Positions 49,457 to 61,196 of a DNA stretch of 64,000 bases are shown one piece after another. The stretch's first letter is position 1. Every line of letters begins with the position of its first letter. The notes under the pieces are model-generated. The model was not told where the DNA came from, ran no database searches, and was given only the letters and a program-made list of their open reading frames with translations. Source of the stretch: the human T2T-CHM13v2.0 reference genome, Homo sapiens; assembly GCF_009914755.1 (NCBI RefSeq), contig NC_060929.1; one strand, 5' to 3'. The translations under genes were made by a program, and so were the position numbers.

Positions 49457-50916
49457 ATGGGAAACATTCTGGCATCAACAGGCTTACCCTCGAAATGCAT
49501 CCTAAGCCATTGGGACCAATTTGACCCACAAACCCTGAAAAAGCAGTGGCTCATTTGTTTCCACACTGCGGCCTGGCCCCAGTATTCTCTCTCTGATGGG
49601 GAGAAATGGCCACCTGAGGGAAGTATAAATTACAATACTATCCTGTAGCTTGACCTTTTCTGTAAGATGGAAGGCAAATGGAGTGAAATACCTTATGTCC
49701 AAGCTTTCTTTTCATTGAAGGAGAATCCACAACTATGCAAAGCTTGCAATTTACATCCCACAGGAGGACCTTTCAGCTTACCCCCATATCCTATCCTCCT
49801 ATAGCTCCCCTTCCTATTAATGATAAGCCTCCTCTAACCTCCCCTGCCCGGAAGGAAACAAGCAAAGAAATCTCCTAGGGACCACAAAACACCCTTGGCT
49901 ATCAGTTATGTCCCCTTCAAGCTGTAGGTGGAGGGGAATTTGGCCCAACCCGGGTACATGTCCCCTTCTCCCTCTCTGATTTAAAGCATATCAAGGTATA
50001 TCTGGGGAAGTTTCCAGATGATCCTGATAGGTATATAGATGTCCTACAGGGTCTAGGGCAAACCTTCGACCCTCACTTGGAGAGATGTCATGCTATTGTT
50101 AGATCAAACCCTGGCCTTTAATGAAAAGAATGTGGTTTTAGCTGCAGCCCTAGAGTTTGGAGATACCTGGTATCTTAATCAAGTAAATGATAGAATGATA
50201 ACCAAAGAAAGGGACAAATTCCCTACTGGTCAGCAAGTCATTCCCAGTATGGATCCCCACTGGGACCTCGACTCAGATCATGGGGACTGGAGTCACAAAC
50301 ATCTGTTGATCTGTGTTCTAGAAGGACTAAGGAGAATTAGGAAAAGCTCATGAATTATTCAGTGATGTCCACTATAACTCAGGGAAAGGAAGAAAATCCT
50401 TCTGCCTTCCTTGAGCGGCTACAGGAGGTCTTTAGAAAATATACTCCCCTGTCACCTGACTCACTCAAGGGTCAATTAATCCTAAGAGAGAAGTTTATTA
50501 CCTAATCAGCTGCAGATATCAGGAGAAAGCTCCAAAAGCGAGCCCTGGGCCCTGAACAAAATGTGGAGGCATTATTAAACCTCACAAACTTGGTGTTCTA
50601 TAATATGGACCAAGAGGAACAGGCTGAAAAGAAAAAGTGAGATCAGAGAAAGGCTGCAGCCTTAGTTATGGCCCTCAGACAAACAAACCTTGTTGGTTCA
50701 GAGAGGACAGAATATGGAGCAGACCAATCACCTGGGAGGGCTTGTTATCAGTGTGGTTTGCAAGGACACCTTAAAAAAAGATTGTCCAACAGAAACAAGC
50801 TGCCCCCTCACCCATGTCCACTATGCTGATGCAATCACTGGAAGTCACACTGCCCCAGAGGACAAAGGTTCTCTGGGCCAGAAGCCGCCAACCAGATGAT
50901 CCAACAACAAGACTGA
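49457..50916 (+). pseudogene. Degenerate HERV9 gag
   Basis: MGNI...PSKCILSHWDQFDPQTLKK; zinc-knuckle remnants CYQCGLQGH (50743) and CPLC*CNHWKSHC; many stops and frameshifts; ends caagacTGA. Confidence 0.88.
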
Positions 50917-51411
50917 GGGTGTCTGGGGCAAGCACCAGCTCATGTCATCACCCTCACTGAGCCCTGGATAAGTTTAACCATTGACGGCCAGGAAATTGAC
51001 TTCCTCCTGGACACTGGTGCGGCTCTCTCAGTGTTAATCTCCTGTCCTGGACAGCTGTCCTCAAGGTCCATTAGCATCCAAGGAATCCTGGGACGGCCTA
51101 TAACCAGGTGTTTCTCTCACTTCCTCAGTTGTAACTGGGAGACTTTGCTCTTTTCACATGTCTTTCTTGTTATGCCTGGAAGTCCCACACCCTTATTAAG
51201 GAGGGACATATTAGCCAAAGCTGGAGCTATTATGTACATGACTATGGTGGACAAGTTACCCATTTGTTCTCCCATGCTTGAGGAAGGAATCAACCCTGAA
51301 GTCTGGGCATTGGAAGGAACAAACTCAAGCTCCAGCCTTAAGCCTTCCCACAGGACAAAACTTCTCTTTATAAGTCACAGACAGAGCAGGAATAGCTCTT
51401 GGAGTCCTTAA
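50917..51411 (+). pseudogene. HERV9 protease plus fused pol remnant
   Basis: In frame after the gag stop. FLLDTGAALSVL (DTG at 51010-51018), PTPLLRRD (canonical LLGRD), EEGINPEVWALEG, then a jump to RT-connection-like DNA (APALSLPTGQNFSL in another frame). Confidence 0.85.
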
Positions 51412-51886
51412 TCAGACTGTGCCATCTTTAAGAGCTGTAACACTCACCACGAAGGTCCATGGCTTCATTCTTGAAGTCAGTGAGACCAAGAACCCACCGG
51501 AAGGACCGAACTCGGGACACATTACTACTCTTTAAAATGAACTCAAATGTGGTGTGCATGCTTCTGTATATGAGGTATATTTCACAATGAAATGCAACAT
51601 TCGTTAAGTGAGTCTCCTGGTATGTAAATCTTGGCATATATCTGATTATTTCATTAGGCTAATTTCTTAGATGTTGAATAACTGGGTCAAAAGATGTTAA
51701 CATTTTCAAGGCTCTTACTTGCCAAATTACCATTTAGAAAGATTGTACCCATTTCCCTTCCCAGTAACAATGCATCAGAGCTCCTGGCCATGTTGCTTGG
51801 GAAAGTCATCTACCCTTGCTTTTCCCATGTGCAGCTACCTCCCCCTTACTCCTTAACCCACTGTATTCTGATTCTGGCTTCCAACC

Positions 51887-51890
<4 letters not shown>

Positions 51891-51967
<77 letters not shown>
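51891..51967. repeat. Compound (TC)n(TG)n microsatellite
   Basis: Direct read. Confidence 0.97.
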
Positions 51968-51968
<1 letters not shown>

Positions 51969-52329
51969 TTTTAGGCTATCAATATCCTCCTATTTATGAA
52001 ATTTGATGATCACGTTTTTTCTCCAATGATTTAGGAGATATGTTAGCCCTAAAGAGGTTTCCAGATGGCTAATATCATCTATCATGTATGGCTTTTAACT
52101 TTTTTTGTTCTTAGATCATAATTGGCTCTCAGTTCTTGGAGAATCTTCCTATGGCTTCCTAAAAATTACATCAATTCCCAAGGGAAAAAATAGTAGCTAG
52201 TAGACAGGTTTAAATAGTAGATAGAATTCTTCTCCTCTTTCATCATCATCATCATGGATAATCATCACTTACTCATTAGTCAGCTTCATGAATCTTGGCT
52301 ATATTCATTGACAGGCAATTTTTAAGTAC

Positions 52330-52895
52330 GGTGGTAGCTAGTCTGCAAAAATGGGCCCCAGTGCACCAGGTTTCCTGATAGTCACACTGTTGTATATTTC
52401 CCTTCCACGTGGAATCTGGCCTTGCTCTATAACTTGCTTTCATCAAAGGTATGTGGCAGAAGTGATGTGCCAGTTCCAGCAATATTCCTTGATAGGACCT
52501 GGCACCTTCAGCTTTTGTGCTGTTGGTAATTGTTTGTCACAATGGAAGAAGTTTAGCTACCCTTTTGGATAAACCACATGGAGATACCATGTGGAGAAGC
52601 CATGTGGAGAGGGAGAGGTCTTGAGATTACATGGAGAAAGAGAATCCCAGCCACCTCGCATCCAACTAGATCTAGATCTAGCCTTCTAGCCATCCCTACC
52701 AAAGCACCAGACATGTGAGTGAAGCCATTTTGAATGCTCTAGCCTAGCCACCACCTGACTGCAACTGCATGAGAAACTGAAAGACAGACCAGCAGAAGAA
52801 TCATCCAGCTGAAGCCAGCCAACTTAGAGAATTGTGTGAGTTGACAATAAATTGTTTTCGGCCACCGAGTTTTGACATGTTTTTTTACACAGGAA
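52330..52895 (+). mobile_element. MaLR LTR (MLT1G/H-like)
   Basis: ccacatggaga repeats, ccagacatgtgagtgaagcc, aataaattgtt. Confidence 0.6.
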
Positions 52896-53589
52896 TGGAG
52901 AATGGAAAAAATTCCCTTCAATGTTGTTCCTCATATTTAACTGTTGGGATATGGCAAAGATTTTGTTTGATCAGAACTAAAGCTTGAGATTCTCATAGAC
53001 TGGATTAAGTACATCTCTCTGCAGAAAAGGAAGGTGTTCTAGAAAACAACCATGAGGGGTTACATTATATAAAGGGGTAACATCTGTACAAAAACCTGTA
53101 GGATGCAAGAGACCCAGATATGTGAGCTGGAGAAAGGGCATCTCAGATACAGTGCAAAGACTCTGAGATGAGAAAAAGCTTAGTGCACTCTGAGAATGGA
53201 GACAACTACCTATAGGAGCAAAGCCATGGAGGCAGGGGGAGCCCGGCTTTATTGGTTCCCACATGGTAAAGCCTGAGACTTAGATTCTGAATTCTTTTTC
53301 TGAGATTAGTTAGTGACAGTAATCTCTTCACTTCTACTGGGAATGGAAAAAGATTGGAGTGTCTGAAGAGTTTAAGTAACATGATGAAGGATATAGATTA
53401 CAAAAGCAATGGTCAAGTAAACCTACTTCTGAACTGGCTTCTACCCCATACCAATAGTATGTCCTCAATAGACACCTTCTCCCTTACATCAGTTGGGGTA
53501 AAGTACAATAAATAAAAACTTCTATAGGTATTTCAAGCATTCAGGTATTTGATGCAGGGAGTTGGGTGCTTAAAGAATCAATAGAAGCA

Positions 53590-54505
<916 letters not shown>

Positions 54506-57500
54506 ATGAAACAAAGCAAAAATCAGGCATCAGCTGGGCCTTCAGAAATGACTCCCAAAACAACCTGCTGAGCTGGCTCATCAGGGTGTGTCCCCTCTGC
54601 CACTGCCAGGAAGGTGAGGAATCAGGAAACCACTGCTGGAAAGATCAAGCCCCAGAACACATCACTGTAGCTATGAGATTCAGAGATCAGGAAGCTGTCA
54701 CCCCCAAAACTCAAAATTTGTACAACTCTTGAAGTTGGAGACAACACTCTGGAATGCTGCTGCACAAAAACTCAAAGTCTCCACGGCCTATGTTGCCAGA
54801 AGAAAACATCTAAAATCAGCAAGAGGGTGGCCTCTGCCTTATTTCTGCTTTTCACATCTCCCAACAATGCATGTAAGGGGCAGAACTTAATTTGCATGCA
54901 GAATTACGACAGCAAAGGACCTTAGAAAATGTAGCATTAGCTTTCCAGCCTCTGCAGTGCGGGAAAGCACAACAGAAGGAGGAATTGATGCCTAGTGCCC
55001 TTCGGCTACACCCTTCGTTGACCTGACTATCCACACTCCAGCCCCTGGAGTGCATGGGGGTGAAGCTGCACTACCGAGGCTTCTATCACTACCATGTTTT
55101 CTGTCCACAAAAATCAAGAGACTTCTCAAAAGGTGAAGGCAGAAACCTCCCATCTCTGGTTAAATGTACCTTGTCAGGCCAGTCCTCTCACTCTCTCCCA
55201 GTCATGTTGTGATGCCATGAGAATGGACTTCACAGACCTCTAACTACAGGTTGTTAATTGACCAAAGGCCCCAACTGCTGTGCTATGAAGGCCTTCCCGG
55301 CTTCTCATAGGCTGCTCACAGCCAATGACTGGGAGCGCAGAGACACAAATGCAGCCTGTTCCTGGGAGGCGTGGGACTCCTCTGATGTCCAGCTTTGGCT
55401 CAAGAACTCCCTGACAGCCTTTCCCTAATCTATACAGGGTAGTCTAGGATACTTCAATCAAACTTCCTTCCCTTTCTCCTTCCCTCAGGGTCAGACCTGC
55501 ATCACAGTCCAGTGGTTTTCCAAGCCTTCTCCAGGCCCTTCTTATTTTCTCTCACAGGCATTTCTCCTAATAAAAATCCTTGCACACTGAACTCTATTTT
55601 GGTGTCTGCTCCTTGGGAAACCTGAACTAATACATGTACCTTGTTCATTTCAGACTTAAATCTTTGCTCTCTGCTCCTGCCTTTGTGCCCTCCTGCAATA
55701 TCCTGCAACATTGTCTCCACCTATTCAATCCTATCCATATTTTGGGCCCTGTACTAATCCTACCTCTTCCATGAAGTCTTCCTTGAGTACCACTGTTTAC
55801 ATAGGCCGTGGACCAAACTTCCTCTTCCTCCCAGCCTCAGCTATTTTCAAAGGTCTTCTCTTGTCTTCTCTTTCAAGGATTTTGAGCATATATTTAGCTC
55901 CCCTTACATGTGAGTGCAAGGAGTAGGTCATACATTTCCTTAGTAACTCCCAAAGTGCTTTTTAATGGAAGAGAGGAGAGAATATGGTAGTTCTATTTAA
56001 ATCTTTATTAAAATGATTAAATAGATTGTAATTTCAGAAATGAAAATTCTAGCAACAAATAGAAGCTCTTTTCTACCCAGTAAACTAGCTAAGATCTTTA
56101 AAGGCACTGGACAATAAGTCCCCCTCATTAACCTTCAGTGAGTACGTAAGATGATATAAACTGACCTGAAGCCAATTCTAAAATATATAGCAGAAGCCTA
56201 AAAGTGTACATTTTCTTAACTCAACTATTTTATTTCTAGGACTATATCCCAAGGGAACATATAAGTTACAAAGACTGTCATATCAGGATAGCAGAGGTAG
56301 AGCAAGAAGCAGGTACTCTTTATGGATGGGCATCTGTGTCGAGGAAACAGACCCATAGGAGATGGGTCACACACAGATAAGCTGCTGCTGCTGCTACTGC
56401 TCTTCCTCCCTTCCCTCCTCCTCATTCTCCTCTCCTCCATAGTTAAGCTGTAATTTGTCTTCCATTCATTCCTAGACCCACTGAGGAGAAACAGAGACAA
56501 CCCCTAGCCAAAGAGGAGAGCTAAGGGTTATAGTATTTTCCCACTCCAGGCAAGACTCTGGGTGTGCAGATGGTAGAGAATGGTGGGATGGGATAGTTAG
56601 GATAGCCTGTAGGCCTTTAAAGAAGTGGAATTCTTCCTCATCAAGTCAGGGGAGGAACCAGACCTTATTGGTGTCAGCAGCACAGACTGAGTGCCTGTCC
56701 TCAGTGCTGCCCTAGAGCATAGCCACTGGGCTCCCTCTTTTATGGAGTCAGGCATTCAGAGGCCAGGCCGCCCAGGCACAAGCATCCACTAAAGCTTCAA
56801 AAGTTATATGGCTAAATGCCAACCACACTCTTATGTTTCAAACCCAGCATGGGTATCTTAAATCAAAGTGCTGTATTATCATTAATCTCTATCAGAAAAT
56901 TTTATATTTAAAGTCTACTGTCTCCAGTACTTTAGAAGACAATATGGTGACCAAAGAAAAAAGTCTTATTAACAAATGGCATGTATGCGGGGCTTCAGGC
57001 CCCTAAAAGGGGATTATCCTGGCAATCCCTTACTAAGACATTGAGCATATTTGCTCAAACATGGGTCTTTTAAGATGTAATAAGAATTCATTTGTTATTT
57101 ATTTATTTATTCACCCATTTGACAAGTACTTGCAAAGTGCCCTCTGTGCACCAGGCACTATTCTAAGCACTAGTGAATAAGACAGCTTCCTACTCTCAGC
57201 AGGTGCAGAGACAGACGATAAGCTAAATAATAAATAATCTCATCTTGGTGAATAGTAAGTACTAGAAAGTAAGACTAGAATAATCTAATAGAAAGTGACT
57301 GTGGAGTAACATGACTTATATGAATCAGGGCCTCAGAGCCCCTCTACAGAGGAAATGTTTGGTGAGAAGGAGCCAGGCATGGACAGGGCTGGGGAAGAAT
57401 GGTCAAGCAAAGGCTTGAGATGTTTTTTTCCTTCTTCCTTATACTTGTTGGTATTTTACGACTTCTAATTATTAAGCATACATTACTTTCTTAAGAAGGA

Positions 57501-57584
57501 AAAAAATTATAATAAAAAATAAACAGAAGAAAAAAACATTGCTGAATTAAATCCCTGGGATAATTTTTTTAAGAGATCAATTCT

Positions 57585-57873
57585 GGCCCAGCGTGGTGGC
57601 TCACACCTGTAATCCCAGCACTCTGGGAGGCTGAGGCAGGTGGATCACCTGATGTCAGGAGTTTGAGACCAGCCTGGCCAACATGGCAAAACACTGTCTC
57701 TATTAAAAATACAAAAATTGGCAGGGTGTGGTGGCAGGTACCTGTAATCCCAGCTACTTGGGAGGCTGAGGCAGGAGAATCACTTCAGCCCGAGAGGGGG
57801 AGGTTGTAGTGAGCTGAGACTACCCCACTGCGCTCCAGCCTGGGCGACAGAGCAAGACTTCATCTCAAAAAAA
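57585..57873 (+). mobile_element. Alu (S-type)
   Basis: TSD aagagatNaattct. Confidence 0.9.
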
Positions 57874-58192
57874 AGAGATAAATTCTCATTTCTTGTGAGG
57901 CAGGGTTCTGTCTGAGATTAGGTGGGTTCTAAACATCCTTGATATCAAATGAGATGGCGAGTGCTTGTCCTCAAACTTTGGCTTGGCCATGCCTTTTTTC
58001 ACCCCAAAGAACAACGTGCTCTTCCTTCTCACATGACATAGCACCACAATGTTCTATTTCAGTTAATATATAGCACGAGTCTATCAATTTTCTCCCAATT
58101 CATCAGGGTTCTCTCTAAATAGCATTTTACTTGTCAGAAAGCCCTTCTGATCCCTGAAAAGAAAGCACTTTCTCACACATTCAGAAGGTAAC

Positions 58193-58281
58193 AGCTCATA
58201 GCTTCACTACTCCCTTTGCATAGCTTCATAGCTTCATAGCTTCATAGCTTCATAGCTCATAGCTTCATTACTCCCTTTGCA
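58193..58281. repeat. (TAGCTTCA)4 array between two 28-bp direct repeats
   Basis: Array at 58221-58252; flanks 58193-58220 and 58254-58281 are 27/28 identical. Confidence 0.9.
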
Positions 58282-60321
58282 AGGCCCATGGCACAGGTTG
58301 CTGAGCCTTGGGATGTGGGGCACTCATGGTGGGGATTAGGGCACTTGTGCCCAGCTGGTGGATGGCATGGTCTTCGTAGGCTGGGATGGGCTACAAAGAG
58401 ACCACGAGCATCCTGGGTGTCTTGGGGATGTTCTGCCAGAGCAAGTCAGGAGGGAGACCAAAGGTGGGCTGGCAGTTTATTCACCGCAGAGTTTCTCACA
58501 AGACATTGACTAGGATGCACCCATCTGTGAGATTCTAAACTTACCCCGCATTGAAAACCAGAGGCCAATTTGGTTACGTAACTGTGAATGCAGCAGGGAA
58601 AAAATTGTTGGCTTATCCCTACTGAAAACGCACAACAGAATTGTTCTGTGCAAACCCAGCCTAGCTATGATATAACCCAAAAGTCTCTCCACCCAGTTTG
58701 AGGGTTTTAGGAAAGGGTGCTCTAGTTGCTTGGACCCAGATTTACTAAAGTGGATGCTCTCATCTGCCAGATTGAACTTTGGCCCTTTCCATTCCTTATC
58801 CATCTCTGCAGGAGCTTCCAGAGGGAGAGCTGACAGCTGATGTGTCATCAGAGCTGCTGGTCTCCTCTCAGTGGTCTCTGGCTTCTGCTCCTGCTCACTC
58901 CCTCTCTGGCTCTGGATTCACCTAGGGTTAGTGTCAGGGCAGAAGCTCTGTAGGCCCCCTTCCACACTGCTTCTACGAGGCATTTTCTCATAGTCCCTGA
59001 CAGCACATCTCCACTGCTTACCTTCCTGACTGGTTCTGGCTCTTTCACAGGAAGTCCTTTCGGAGTAAGAGCTGGAGCTCCCAGATACATTCCCCTCTGT
59101 CCTGCTCTCCTTCTGGACCCCTGAACCATGCAAGGGGAAGCTCGAATGGGGAGTGTCCAGCTGCAGCCTCACTACACTTGCTGCCTAATGGTGCTCTTCC
59201 AGACTCCCATTCATTCGTGGTGGCTTTTCTCTTAGCAGCCTCTTTCCCCTCTGCTAATTGGCTTCCCCTAGACAATCGCTCAGGCCGTCAGACATGTAGG
59301 TACAGGTCTGAACCTCAATTCTGGACATGGCTAAAGTCCTTTCCCATAAAATGATACCCAGCCTATCTGGGGATGTTGCAGGGTTTCTGTTTGAAAGAGG
59401 CCATGTCTAGGCCTGCTCTTAGAAAGCCTGTGAATGGCCATAAATGATAAACTCCTTGGCTCCAACAGTTCAAGCACAGCTAAAGGCAATGTTGCTTCAG
59501 TGCTGGCACAGCAAGAATTTCAAGACCCAGACCCCAGATATTGGGCTTGAGTGATGTACCAAGCCCGATATCTGGTACTTGGGTACCAGGTGGTACATGG
59601 TCCTGCAGGGATGAGCAGGCACCATTCTAGGTTTTTCTGGCCTGTATGACAAGGTCCTGCCACGTGAGCTGTCAAGAACACTCATTTGTGCCCCATAAAT
59701 ATATATACCTACAATGTACCCACAGAAAATAAACACTAAAAGAAACTTTTAAAATAAAAAAATTATAATAATTTTAAAAGAACATTTCATTTATGGCATG
59801 CTTCTAAAAATCACATTCACCTCCTTCCACCCTTGTCTTGTTTATAGCTTCTGATTGCTTATTTACTGCTTTAAGAGGTAACCAAATTATAAGCAACCTT
59901 GAAGTGAAACCAGATGACCCTTCTCACCCATACTTAAGTCAGACAACACTCCGCAGGCTGACCTAGCACAAGGCTCAGTGTCCCCAACTTTGTCAGATCA
60001 GAGCATCAGTTCTGCTCCAACTAATGTACTCAGTCCCATTGATGCTTCCGTAATCTGAAACTCCTATACTGGAGGCCCCGGAGGGGTTCTTGGGACCCAA
60101 ATGGCAACAAGGGAGCAACTTCACTTATTTAAAATGGTGCATGAAATTTTTGGTTCTATTTTATATCTACGCATATGTGTACCGAGTTATGATACAAAAT
60201 GTTTCTCCGGAGGCAAGGTCAAAAACTTTTGAAAGCCACTGATTTACAGGCTGAGCACAAAAAATAATCTTCATCTTCTGTATGTCAACCTTTCCTATTC
60301 TTAATGAGAACAGGTAGTGGG

Positions 60322-60734
60322 TGTAGTAGTCCGTTCTCACACTGCTATGAAGAAATACCTGAGACTGGGTATTTATAAAGAAAAGAGGTTTAATTGGCTC
60401 ACGGCTCTGCAGGCTGTACAGGAAGCATAGTGGCCTCTGCTTTGGGGGAGGCCTCAGGAAGCTTCCAATCATGGCAGAAGGCAAAGGGGGAGCAAGACGT
60501 CTCACGAAGAGGGAGCAGGAACGAGAGAGAGTGAGGGGAGGTGCTGCACACTTTCCAACAACCAGATCTCATGAGAACTCACTCACTAGCATGAGAACAG
60601 CATCAATGCTAAACCATTCAGGAGACATTCACCCCCATGATCCAATCACCTCCCATCAGGCCCCACCTCCAACACTGGGAACGACAATTTGACATGAGAT
60701 TGGGTGGGTGGGGACACAGATCCAAACCTTATCG
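60322..60734 (-). mobile_element. MaLR LTR (MSTA/B-like)
   Basis: tgtagtagtccgttctcacactgctatgaag...gggacacagatccaaacc; near-match 5-bp TSD gtggg/ttggg. Confidence 0.82.
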
Positions 60735-60907
60735 TTGGGTATGCAGGTTTAGAGACCAAAGCTCAGAGAAGCTAGCAGAGGCCAGGTCAAAGGGGCATCG
60801 GCAGTTAAAAAAAATAATTTTGAGGATTTTGAGGAGAAATGTGTCTTATGGGAGTGTTTTGAGTAAAAATATCACACTCTTCATCTGCCCTCTTAAAAGC
60901 CTTTTCC

Positions 60908-61196
<289 letters not shown>

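Larger units (their letters stand above)
47640..51521 (+). mobile_element. Internally deleted HERV9-group provirus (LTR12F-like 5' LTR, PBS, gag, pro, pol fragment, partial 3' LTR)
   Basis: TG...CA ends with a matching 4-bp TSD ttac (47636-47639 and 51522-51525). 5' LTR 47640-48200. 3' LTR is only ~51418-51521. Confidence 0.93.
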
